Positions 1-11,658 of a stretch of DNA of 64,000 bases are shown piece by piece. Source of the stretch: Amphiscolops sp. MND2022 (Eukaryota); the NCBI GenBank assembly GCA_964187785.1, contig OZ076409.1, positions 94,118,001-94,182,000 of the forward strand, in the 5' to 3' direction. The position numbers were made by a program, and so were the translations under genes. Under the pieces are notes generated by a model. It did not search any database and was not told the DNA's origin. It saw only the letters and a list, made by a program, of their open reading frames with translations. How positions within the stretch are numbered: the first letter of the stretch is position 1; the number at the start of each line of letters is the position of its first letter.

Positions 1-260
1 TCGAAAAAAAGTCGCACAGTGCCGGAAAAAATGGGAAGTGGAGAACCCTTAGTCTCGTCCAGTTTTGTAGGTTATGTTAAAAATGTAAAAAATGAAAGGG
101 GCACCCTTTGCACTAAGTTTGCATTAGCCGGGCTTGGCCTGAGTTTTTCTAGTAGTTTCTGTAAAAAGTGGTACATACACGATGAGGTCTGTGGTCTGAC
201 GAAAAAAAACTAGCCACTGTAATAGTCGGGCTCTTTTCACTAGAAAAGCGCCGACTATAA
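1..260 (-). mobile_element. Non-autonomous Helentron/DINE-1-like element, partial (cut by window edge)
   Basis: Terminal hairpin AGTCGGGCTCTTTTC-ACTA-GAAAAGCGCCGACT, shared with the copies at 2405-3005 and 6756-7246. Confidence 0.55.
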
Positions 261-2404
261 ATGATCGTCCTAATCTATCGACTCGATGATTGTTCGGTGC
301 AGAGGTTGAATCGATCAGGTTAACCCTGAGGTTCTGACTATCATTGGTTGAGCCGACGCTTCTCATATGCCTTTTTCATTGGAAACAATATTATCTTTTT
401 TGGATTTTTAACCATATGTCCTGTGTAAAACATCACTACAACGTATTTCAGTTCTTCAAATAAGATGACCCAGTGCGAAGTTTATCATACTTCTGGATGT
501 CAAGTAAAACTGTTACACGCAACAATTCAATTCGACCGAGCGATTGACCACGAAAGTTGAGCAAACATGGGGCTTTTTTGGTGCAGTGGAAAACGAAAAC
601 AGGAAAAAAGAGTTAGAGCGTTAGAATTAACAAAATTGAAAATTGTTTATTCAGTGTCTATTGTATTAGGGGGAATTACAGGAACAATACGGCATCGCCA
701 ATTTTCAGCTTGTGTAATCCAGAATGCTATCCAACACATCAACCGCATTGTTTCGCAAAAAAAGGTGAAAAACAGAATCATGTTCAATGCAAATCAAAGA
801 AGTTTGAGGTCGTTTGTGTTTTCTGTTCTTAGTTCAAATCAAGTTTTACGAAAAAACGAAACAAAATTAGTTGACCGAGCAATCGTGTCGGCACGATGAG
901 ATATGAATAACAATTTAGCTTTTGCTCAGAAGTTCGAAAAGAAGCCAGTCAGCCGAGATGCAAAAATTGAATTCGTTCAAATATGGTCCAAAGTAATTTG
1001 CTCGTCGTCAACTACGACAGAATAAAAATGAATTCATTAGCAATTTTTTTAAAAAAAAACGCGTGACCGAAAATGTGATACAGAGATTGCAGGCATGCCA
1101 GAGATTGTTGCCGCGGTTGAAATCAATAGACAAAACAACTACATATGATCGACCATAAGTTACTCAGCTATCTTTGTATCCACAATTTCGCCTTGAGATC
1201 TGCTGTTTCAACGAAACAGAAGTAACAAAGCTGGATGAATGCTCTTGCACCATATTCCATAGTTCTCGATATTCTCAGGATCGTTTCCGAGGGATCAACC
1301 GTTGTATTTTACAAAAATAAGTTAAAATCAAAGTCAAGTACCACATGCAAAAAAAACACACTGTTTTCATCTAGAATTTGTGTTTAACAACGTCAGAGAC
1401 AGATAACTTTTTCACTAGGATTTCCCCAACAAATTTTGGAAAGTTTTTTGATCTGAGATTCCAACGTAAAGCTCTTATGGCGATGAACTTCTTTGATCAA
1501 TTCGTTTCATAGCTTGGGCCACACTATGAAGTTTATATTGAAAGCCGTGTTTCTAACAACACCACAAAGAAACTAGCCATGTTGATGTTTTAATTACAGG
1601 TCAATTGCTTTTAGAATTGAAAAGGCAAAAAATTAAATCATTTGAGCTTAGTTCAGTTTCGTTTTTTTAATGTGATCAACGCGTCCACCTGCCATTTAGC
1701 AAGCATATAGTTTTCATCTCTCTTTAGTGCATTTTATGCATCAAAAACAGAAAGAGTCGAATAAAAATCGTGTTGCAATTAAAAAAATGTTGAATGACTG
1801 ATTTGCAGCTGAACGCTTGTTTCAATGAACTGATATTGGTTATTCAGGATTAGTTCAGTCATACATACGCACCAAAGACATATATAGCTGGACACTTTGG
1901 TTCAGGAAAAACAATGAAGTAGTACGGTTAATCATTTGATTGACTGAAGGATTGGAATTGATCGTTGATCAGTCAGTTGAAAAAAATTGTATCGTCAAAT
2001 CAAATAAGTGTTTTCAGAATTCTAAGACAAAAATAAGTTGATTCATGAAAAGTTCACGTTTTATGGAATTTAGTTCAAGCTCAGAACTTTTGTGAGTAGT
2101 GAGTGGATTTTTTTGTTTGAAAAATGGGAGACAATAAAATAACATGTTAGCTGTCATAAGAATGTATTCTCCTGCAGTTGCCTTGAGATGCAATTGTTCC
2201 CATGAAGGTTTCATCTGACAGCTGTTAACAAATTAAGAAAAGCTTCTTTGGGAGACAGAACGTAATTTTAACCCGTCGTTTAATTCCTTCGATTTCGAAA
2301 AATGGGTCTTTTCACTTCTTCGTTTATTAATTTGAGTTATCGGATGAAGACAAGAAACCACTTTTTCTGAAAACCAGCCGTAATTTTCCCGAAGAACTAA
2401 CACC

Positions 2405-3005
2405 AATAAGACGGGAACGTCTAAAGTCGGCGCTATATCTAAGGCTCAAAAAGCGCAAGTTTTTTTAAATATGCCCAGGACGTATTCATGGAAAGCTTTG
2501 AAAACAGTTTCGAGACACCCAAAGTGTACCTTTACCTTTCATGCTCGATATGACTGGGAAATCACTTTATCCCGACTGGCAACAAAAATGTTTTTTGAAA
2601 AAAAAGACTTCGTACTTTTTTCTTTCGGAAAAGATCGCGTAGTGCCAAAAAATGAAAAGGGGGAACCTTTGGTATTCATTAAAATACATTCTATTGCAAA
2701 ATGTCAAAAAACTTGAAGGGGGGTCTCTTAAACATTAAAAAATTTTCGAAAAAAAAGTCGCACAGTGCCGGAAAAAATGGGAAGTGGAGAACCCTTAGTC
2801 TCGTCCAGTTTTGTAGGTTATGTTAAAAATGTAAAAATGAAAGGGGCACCCTTTGCACTAAGTTTGCATTAGCCGGGCTTGGCCTGAGTATTTCTAGTAT
2901 TTTCTGTAAAAAGTGGTACATACACGATGAGGTCTGTGGTCTGACGAAAAAAAACTAGCCACTGTAATAGTCGGGCTCTTTTCACTAGAAAATCGCCGAC
3001 TATAA
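2405..3005 (-). mobile_element. Non-autonomous Helentron/DINE-1-like element
   Basis: Sub-terminal inverted repeat AGTCGGCGCT (2425-2434) / ATCGCCGACT (~2992-3001). Extra inverted copy forms a hairpin at one end; small stem-loop AGACG-GGAA-CGTCT (2409-2422) at the other. No TSD seen, no coding capacity. Confidence 0.6.
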
Positions 3006-5177
3006 ATGATCGTCCTAATCTATCGACTCGATGATTGTTCGGTGCAGAGGTTGAATCGATCAGGTTAACCCTGAGGTTCTGACTATCATTGGTTGAGCCG
3101 ACGCTTCTCATATGCCTTTTTCATTGGAAACAATATTATCTTTTTTGGATTTTTAACCATATGTCCTGTGTAAAACATCACTACAACGTATTTCAGTTCT
3201 TCAAATAAGATGACCCAGTGCGAAGTTTATCATACTTCTGGATGTCAAGTAAAATTGTTACACGCAACAATTCAATTCGACCGAGCGATTGACCACGAAA
3301 GTTGAGCAAACATGGGGCTTTTTTGGTGCAGTGGAAAACGAAAACAGGAAAAAAGAGTTAGAGCGTTAGAATTAACAAAATTGAAAATTGTTTATTCAGT
3401 GTCTATTGTATTAGGGGGAATTACAGGAACAATACGGCATCGCCAATTTTCAGCTTGTGTAATCCAGAATGCTATCCAACACATCAACCGCATTGTTTCG
3501 CAAAAAAAGGTGAAAAACAGAATCATGTTCAATGCAAATCAAAGAAGTTTGAGGTCGTTTGTGTTTTCTGTTCTTAGTTCAAATCAAGTTTTACGAAAAA
3601 ACGAAACAAAATTAGTTGACCGAGCAATCGTGTCGGCACGATGAGATATGAATAACAATTTAGCTTTTGCTTAGAAGTTCGAAAAGAAGCCAGTCAGCCG
3701 AGATGCAAAAATTGAATTCGTTCAAATATGGTCCAAAGTAATTTGCTCGTCATCAACTACGACAGAATAAAAATGAATTCATTAGCAATTTTTTAAAAAA
3801 AACGCGTGACCGAAAATGTGATACAGAGATTGCAGGCATGCCAGAGATTGTTGCCGCCGTTGAAATCAATAGACAAAACAACTACATATGATCGACCATA
3901 AGTTACTCAGGCTATCTTTGTATTCACAATTTAGCCTTGAGATCTGCTGTTTCAACGAAACAGAAGTAACAAAGCTGGATGAATGCTCTTGCACCATATT
4001 CCATAGTTCTCGATATTCTCAGGATCGTTTCCGAGGGATCAACCGTTGTATTTCACAAAAATAAGTTAAAATCAAAGTCAAGTACCACATGCAAAAAAAA
4101 CACACTGTTTTCATCTAGAATTTGTGTTTAACAACGTCAGAGACAGATAACTTTTTCACTAGGATTTCCCCAACAAATTTTGAAAAGTTTTCTGATCTGA
4201 GATTCCAACGTAAAGCTCTTATGGCGATGAACTTCTTTGATCAATTCGTTTCATAGCTTGGGCCACACTATGAAGTTTATATTGAAAGCCGTGTTTCTAA
4301 CAACATCACAAAGAAACTAGCCATGTTGATGTTTTAATTACAGGTCAATTGCTTCTAGAATTGAAAAGGCAAAAAATTAAATCATTTGAGCTTAGTTCAG
4401 TTTCGTTTTTTTAATGTGATCAACGCGTCCACCTGCCATTTAGCAAGCATATAGTTTTCATCTCTCTTTAGTGCATTTTATGCATCAAAAACAGAAAGAG
4501 TCGAATAAAAATCGTGTTGCAATTAAAAAAATGTTGAATGACTGATTTGCAGCTGAACGCTTGTTTCAATGAACTGATATTGGTTATTCAGGATTAGTTC
4601 AGTCATACATACGCACCAAAGACATATATAGCTGGACACTTTGGTTCAGGAAAAACAATGAAGTAGTACGGTTAATCAATTGATTGACTGAAGGATTGGA
4701 ATTGATCGTTGATCAGTCAGTTGAAAAAAATTGTATCGTCAAATCAAATAAGTGTTTTCAGAATTCTATGACATTTTCATCGCCTCCTGCAATTATTCTC
4801 ACTTTTGCAAAACCCGATTATAACTTTTTGTTGCTTTTGCTTTGGATTTGGTCAATAGCTATGCCTTCAATCTCAACTATGCTCAACCGCGTCTGAAAGT
4901 ATCCAACTTGACTTAGTTTTTGCCCCTTTTGCTTTTAGAAAAAAACAATCCTCTAAAGCACATTTACTGTGAAAATCATTTTTTAGTCAAACTATTTGAG
5001 TCTTTCCACAATCTTCGTCTTTAAAAATTCGGTTTATGTTGAGGTTTTGGATATATTCCTTTTAATTTTTTAAACTTTATTGATCAACCTAGGTGTATAT
5101 TATTGTACCTATTGTACACATTATTTATCAGATAGAACTGATTGTTATCTTCTGCCGAAATCTTTCCGAAATATCTG

Positions 5178-5377
5178 NNNNNNNNNNNNNNNNNNNNNNN
5201 NNNNNNNNNNNNNNNNNNNNNNNNNNNNNNNNNNNNNNNNNNNNNNNNNNNNNNNNNNNNNNNNNNNNNNNNNNNNNNNNNNNNNNNNNNNNNNNNNNNN
5301 NNNNNNNNNNNNNNNNNNNNNNNNNNNNNNNNNNNNNNNNNNNNNNNNNNNNNNNNNNNNNNNNNNNNNNNNNNNNN
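5178..5377. other. Assembly gap (200 N)
   Basis: Run of N. Confidence 1.
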
Positions 5378-5448
5378 TGTTCCTGCTTCTACCGCTATAA
5401 GATCTAAAACGAATGCTCAAAACAATACTCCGTTAGTTAGTCGTAACA
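5378..5448 (+). mobile_element. 3' end of an LTR from a family related to element 1, emerging from the gap
   Basis: Ends in GTCGTAACA, identical to the element-1 LTR terminus. Translates VPASTAIRSKTNAQNNTPLVSRN versus TSTPVKTRTATSSKTTPNNSRN in element 1. Confidence 0.6.
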
Positions 5449-6614
5449 AGAATCTTTTGGAAAAGTGCATCGGGTCAGTTCTCGATTTTTGCATAGGAAA
5501 ACAGCAGGACTGGTACTGGCTGAGACTGCTCGGAAACTGGAGTTAGCTTAGGAGTCTTCAAGTCCGCTGTAATGTCAGTGTGGGCGAGGCTGTCTCGACC
5601 ATAGGAGTACGGCGTAATGTCTCTGAATAGCGAATGTTTTTCAAAACTCAGAACGAATCTGGTTATGTAAAACTAAATCTCTCGTTTTTGAACTATATGT
5701 TTTATTCTTGTCATTGCCATGCTCATGACTTTGTCCTGTTGACTTAATAACGGACCTCACCTGGGAATCTTATCAAGTTAGAACGAAAAAAAAAATTCGA
5801 TGCAATCAAGTTTTCGTAATATATCTGTTATCGTATTTATCATCAATCTTTAGGGAAATTTACAGTTTACGTATTTGGTACAAATTGTTCTTCGAATGAC
5901 TCTTTGATACGTTCTGTTCAATTGAGCAATTCAATGAAAGAACAACAAAAATTTCTTCCAAACAATTTATCGAATGGATATTTTCATTCGAAAAATCATT
6001 TGAAGGTTCTTCACATGGTTTCAGAACGTATCAAATTAGTTGCAATTCAAATTGTTTTGTACATTGACAAGTGATATGCAGTTTTGAGATTCTGTAACTC
6101 GAAAAGCGTTTTGTGAATAGAGAAAATATACACTGAACGAAGCAGCAGTCAAGCTGTTTTGAAACTATTTTATCTTTTAAAAAACGAGGTTTTTGATGTG
6201 CAAATCGACAAGTATTGTTTGACTGTTTGATCAAGCGTTGAATTGTTTGTGGATCATGTTCTGCCCTCACGAATTGCCAGCGTAATTTGAATCAAAAGAA
6301 AACCAATTCCAAAAATTCTCGTTGGCGTCTATTTTTTTAGCGTTATTGAGTGCAAATATTTCTTTTATCTCAAAAAACACTTTTCAGTAACGATGAAGCT
6401 GCTGATATGAAAACATCTTTCCGTGTATTAACGGTTAAACAAAATGCGCATGGTTCTACAGCAGCTTAAATCCTGATAGATTCAGTTGATGGCTTAAACT
6501 CTGTTTCACTGCTAAGAGGAGTTTTTCTGTCTGAACATTTGCCTATAGACAGACGGCAGAGATGGCATTCGATCTTTATGTATGTCAGTTATCGGCAATT
6601 CGTCAGTTGAAGAT

Positions 6615-6685
6615 TCAAGCTTTCATCAGTTGATACACCAAGCTGAGGATCATGATTCCTGGGGAAAGTTTCCCGGAAATTGACG
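6615..6685 (-). CDS. Probable terminal exon of the FN3 gene (hydrophobic, GPI-signal-like tail)
   Basis: Acceptor TGTTTCAG|, phase 1 compatible with the previous exon; encodes (A)SISGKLSPGIMILSLVYQLMKA then TGA. Confidence 0.55.
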
Positions 6686-6755
6686 CTGAAACAACATTGT
6701 CACAGAGATACACAATATTCAATAATAAACTTCACCGAGTGTGTCTATAGTTTTG

Positions 6756-7246
6756 AACAAGAGGGGAACGGCAGAAGTCGGCGCTATATCTAAGGCTCAA
6801 AAAGCGCGGTTTTTAAAATTTGCATAAGACGTTTCCGTGAAAAACTCCTGTTTACGAACCTCCGCCTCCTCCTTTCTAAAACGCAATATAGTTCGAATAT
6901 AATGTCAAAAGTTCGCATACAGCGCTTAGTTCCGGATGTTACGGGGGGACTCCAATAAAATCGAAGGGGACCGTTTGGTGACGAAAAAATTCACAAAAAG
7001 TCTCACAGCGCCGAAAATAGGAAAAGTGGACCCTTTAGTCTTGCACGTTTTGTATGTTACGTTTAAAAAGTAAAAATTAAAAGGGGAATAACTTTGCAAT
7101 AACTTAGATGCGTTTCCCAGGTATTCGTTTAAATGAACAAACTGAAGAAAAATTTCGTCGCTTCGAGTCTGTCTTAAAGAAAGAATATAGAAAAAACGAG
7201 TGTGACTGTAATAGTCGGGCTTCTTCGTTCTAAAAGTGCCGACTAA
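6756..7246 (-). mobile_element. Diverged copy of the same Helentron/DINE-1-like family, inside a host intron
   Basis: Shares AAGTCGGCGCTATATCTAAGGCTCAAAAAGCGC at one end and CTGTAATAGTCGGGCT...GCCGACTA at the other; interior diverged. Confidence 0.6.
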
Positions 7247-7339
7247 AAACACGAATACAGATGTCTCCAGTCCAGGTGATCGAACTAGAGATGCTTCCTG
7301 AAATCACTGTCGAGGTTAGGAGAATTATTGGTTTCTTAC

Positions 7340-7633
7340 CAGGCGCGTCGGAAGCTGTGCAGTCGATCTCCACTTCATTTTCGGTGTCCGCACAATCGCC
7401 AGACGCCACAACTGTGATCACTTTACACTTTCCACTTTGATCGGGTGTGAAAGGAACGTCGGAAGCCGACTCAGTGAACGTGTATTCTGTGATGGCTGGG
7501 TCGTCCACTGGAATCTCGTGGTCATCAAATGCGACTTTCACTTCAACCGGTGCGGGTGAAGGGTTTGTCCATGTGATCGTAATTTCCTCAGCGCTCGTAC
7601 TGGCTACCGTCAAATCTGTCACTGGAAGTGGCT
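7340..7633 (-). CDS. Host gene exon encoding a second FN3-like domain
   Basis: Acceptor TGTTTCAG|, donor |GTAAGA, 294 nt, phase 1-1. PLPVTDLTVASTSAEEITITWTNP is a typical FN3 start and joins in frame to the 8409-8699 exon. Confidence 0.8.
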
Positions 7634-8408
7634 CTGAAACATAAAACGTATTTCTTATCTTGCTCTACATCAATGGCAAAACGATAATTCCATTGTCCGA
7701 AGACTTTTCAAATATCAAAAAAAACTACTATTTAAAAATTGCCAGAAAAGTTTTTCGATAGTTTCACTGCAGTATGTTTGGCGGATCTGGATATTTCAGT
7801 CAAGGATTCTACGCGTTGTTTTGAAGTTTCGCAAAATATTGAATTGCATGATTTTACCAGTTTTCATGGTTTTAGATTTGGAAAATCTGGATTTGAGTAA
7901 TTTCATTCAATTGGTTAAACTGGGCCGTCTTTTGCTAAGAAATTAGTAATGTTACCAAGTGTAGAAATTCTTGGATTTCTTGCCAAGATCTTGGATTTTC
8001 CTACGGAATCCTGGTACCTCCTGAAGTTCTCGATAAGATCTTGAAAAGTTTTACTTCTTCCAAAAAATCTTCAAAGCAACAAGAAATTGTAACAGCAGAA
8101 TTCAATGATTTTCCAAGGGCACGACGACATGACGCCCATGACGTTACGCCCAACAATTTGAAAATCTTTTGGCTTCTTGCATTTTCTTGCTTCTTCTCTG
8201 CTTTTCTTGAAACTCTTGTTAAGAATCTTGGGATTTCTTGGTGAAACTTCGGGCAAGACTCCTACCAAGAAATCCAACAGTATTCAAGATCTTATCAAGA
8301 GTTGCAAGAGTTTGTACACTGGGTAAGTTTAGGCAGCAGAAAAGCTGTTCGAGTTTTGATTTGTTTCTGAATTAAAAAAATAACCACCAAGAAAGGAAAT
8401 GGACTAAC

Positions 8409-8699
8409 TTGAGCAAATATCTTCAATGAGACCAATTACCCCGCCCCCACTCGAGGCTAGCCCCTCAACTTCGAATGCATAGAGTGTTGCGGGAGTCAAG
8501 CCGGAAGCTGTAACTGTTAGCGAGGTAGCTGGGTCGGTTGGAAAAGGAGAAGGTGCATAAGTTACCCCATCGGCAGGATTTGCAGTAATTGTTGTGACTG
8601 TGAAACTTACGGTACTATGAGTGATCTCAAGAGTGGCTTCTGTATCACTGATGCTCGTCAGCGACACCGAAGCAGCAGCGGGTTCAGGTGCCACCGCTC
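8409..8699 (-). CDS. Host gene exon encoding a fibronectin type III-like domain
   Basis: Acceptor TTTCAG|, donor |GTTAGT, 291 nt, phase 1-1. Motif ...TVTASGLTPATLYAFEVEG is the FN3 GLxPxTxY signature. Confidence 0.8.
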
Positions 8700-9313
8700 C
8701 TGAAACGACGGATACCAATTCATCACATAAACGAACGCCTCACAACAACCATGTTCGAAATTGAATTGGAACCTCCCAAAAACGTGACGAGTGAAATGGG
8801 AGGCGGAAATTTCTTCGTTATTACAATGAGATTTCAAGAACGAGTTCATTTTCACATCAAAATTGAGTCAGAAAGTTGATCGCATTCAATCAACTCATCA
8901 AGGGGCTTATTGAGCAATGGGACATTTTCAGCCCGACAAATGTTCAAAATTTCTACGAAAGGTTTCATTATGCGTCGAAGAAATGAATTAAGAAATCAGT
9001 TTTTTCTGAAGAATATCTATGAGTAGTTAGAAATTTGTTTGCAAAACTTCTCTCAAAATCTTTTTTTTCTGCACAATTAATAATTATTAAGTCGCGTAAA
9101 CTCAATAATGACAGACAATTTCTGGAATACAAGTTAAAATGCAACGTTCTATAGAACGAAATAACCGATGACGAAACTTCTGGTAATCAGAGAAATTACC
9201 AAATATGTTTACACTTGAACGGTTTAAGTCAAAAAGCCAGCCCACATAAAACTGTTGCAATTCAACTCGTTGTTGTTGGAAGTAAAACGGTTTTGACTTT
9301 TTGTTTTTGAAGG

Positions 9314-11658
9314 TGTCACGACCCGCTCCCGGTCGTAATTTCTACTGCTGTAGCGGCATACCCGGCTTTGGAAGAGGTCGAGGACAAGGCCGAGGTAAAC
9401 TCTATTAAACTAATTTTAAAACTAATCTAAATTCTACTTACAGTACAGCTAAATCGATTGCAGATAATTTTCCAAATACAAAACCTAGCGTAAACGTTAC
9501 GGAACACTTTTCAGAAATGATTTTTAGCTAAAACTTCCGGTCAAATATCCCCTGCGCGTGATAAGATTTTTCATTTCCGGTATGATCTTCTGATTTCCTG
9601 CCATACTAATCTAAACACTAAAATGAACATTTATAATTGGGATCATTCTTTCCACTGGTCCACACTAAAATGAAAACATTAAAATAAAATTCAATTCCGA
9701 GATCCCAACGGAATTCATACAATCTAAAATGAAAAGGAACAGACAAATAATAGAGCGGAATTGTTTTCCAGAGATGAAGTGGTTGTCAATATTCACTTAA
9801 AAGCACAGCCAAGTGATTTAGGCAAATATTTACAACGCTATGGCAACGTCAATCTACTGAGCTAATATTAGGAATTTTGCTTCTACGGACCGATAACGTC
9901 ACTCTATTGATAGAACTATTCTTAGCTAAGTCGAATAGAATCAATTTCGGTTGCCCCTAGCAACACCAATTGGAATAAGAGGAAGAGAATGAATTCACCT
10001 ACGCACTCCTCTTTCTCTTCGCTTGGTGCGACAGCTAAGCTATGAGCAATCTCAATACGTACGGAACACTTACGGAGCGGATTGTAAAATTGTATTCCGC
10101 TGTTCTGCTATAGATAATCTTAATACGTAGCACCTACGGAGCGAATTGTAAAATTGCAAATGAAAAATACTGCTTCAAACGAAATCCAAACGAAGCCTTT
10201 TAAATCGATGCATTTGAAAGATTTAAGAGTTATGATTTTACATAAGGAAAACTGTACTGTAAGGAAGAATGATAGAAAATTGCAATGGTAATTTTATGTT
10301 CTGGATTTGTATCATCATGGTAAATCACTAAAACACGTTGACATTACGCCCTACTTAGTTCCTCTTTAAGGGAACAAATCTACTTGATTTACTACGGCAT
10401 TCAAAATATATTAATGATAATCCTAACGTAGGACGTAAGGTCAACGCCAATTCATAGGCTCCAAGCCAGTAGTGACAGTTGTATTTCATGATAATGACAA
10501 TCGGGCTAGTGATCAGACTTCGATTATGTTTTGATAAATTTCATGATTATTGTGCAAAGTGTTGAAGTTGCTTTCCGTTTATTATTACGAATATGTTGCG
10601 CTCATCTTTGTTGTATCTCGTTAAAGTCCCGTTTGGACTTAATTTGTGTTCAATGTAAACGATATAGCATACCATTAGCAGGTAATTCATATGTTTGAAT
10701 TTGAGATTATAGTTTCAGCATCGTTTGTTCCTTTATACCAAATTTCCATGTTTTTCCTCCGCTTCCAAATTGATTTATTCCGTCGTCATTCCGTCACCAT
10801 TTTTGAGTGTCATTCTGTTGCTTCGAATCTCAGCTTCCCAAATTGGAAGTTGACTAATTGTTCATGCCGGCGTGCTTGCGCTGATGGAAATGCAAGCTAG
10901 ACTTTTATTTTACCGCAATTTTGAGACTTAAACAGGAAATGGGATTGCCTGAACAAAAATGATTTCAACAAATTTTACGGAACGCTGACGCAACTAGGAA
11001 TTTTGATGCCTGATTTTACGACGCGGGACTGAAATGATATGAATCATTAGCGCTTTTTGTTGAACAAACCCGATTTTTGTGATACCTAGGAATTTTTAGG
11101 TGAGGAACAAATGATGCTGGGAAAGTATAAATATGTAGTACATACATGTAAAGTTACAATTTTGACTTGCCTTGTGACAATCAGTTTTGTTCCGTTACTA
11201 TAACGTATTCAAAAGAAAACTTAAATCTTTGAAGAATTCAACTTTTCCAAAGATACCTTCTCTCCCTCTCTCGATCAAAATGACAACTAGAAGCCAGAAG
11301 AGGAAAGCTGTAGCTGAGTTAGTGTCAGGAGATTTCGAAGCTTCCCTGAATGAGAATGGCTCTATTGAAAACCTGATACCTAGTTCTAGTAAAAATCCTA
11401 GACTCGAGCTTGAAAACTTGGAGGAAATGAAAACAACTCTGAGAAAAGAAATAATGACTGATCTAACAAAGATATTAGCCGAAAATCAAAAGGAAATGCT
11501 CAAGTTAATAGCACCAACGAACAAGAAACACACAGTTAGTTCGAACATACAAGATTCTGATTCTGACCAAGAAAACATCTCCGTAACAGGAACGTCCACC
11601 CCAGTCAAGACACGAACTGCGACTAGTTCTAAAACAACACCGAACAATAGTCGTAACA
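9314..11658 (+). repeat. LTR 1 (5' LTR)
   Basis: TG...CA ends, 8/9 terminal inverted repeat, preceded by TSD, followed by PBS. Confidence 0.95.
11126..11187 (+). promoter_or_regulatory. Candidate LTR core promoter (TATAAATA 11126-11133; TCAGTT Inr-like 11181-11186)
   Basis: Motif match ~150 nt upstream of the gag ATG; TATA-Inr spacing is longer than canonical. Confidence 0.35.

Larger units (their letters stand above)
1..4768. repeat. Tandem direct duplication, ~2745-bp period (1-2024 repeated at 2746-4768)
   Basis: Near-identical sequence at offset ~2745 (identical 110-aa ORFs at 567 and 3312); the copies diverge after GAATTCTA (2024/4768). Only scattered SNPs and homopolymer indels. Close to an N gap, so could be an assembly/haplotype artefact. 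Confidence 0.9.

Noticed and set aside
567..899. 110-aa ORF duplicated at 3312-3644
   Set aside because: No recognisable motif; identity is explained by the recent duplication.
5080..5546. ORFs spanning the N run
   Set aside because: Artefacts of translating the gap.
7940..8320. AAGATCTT-rich stretch, similar at ~40360-40480 and ~41140-41220
   Set aside because: Probably a degenerate interspersed repeat, but ends, TIRs and TSD could not be defined.
11187..11279. TTG-initiated N-terminal extension of gag in the ORF track
   Set aside because: Eukaryotic context; the first ATG in good context (AAAATGA) is 11280.
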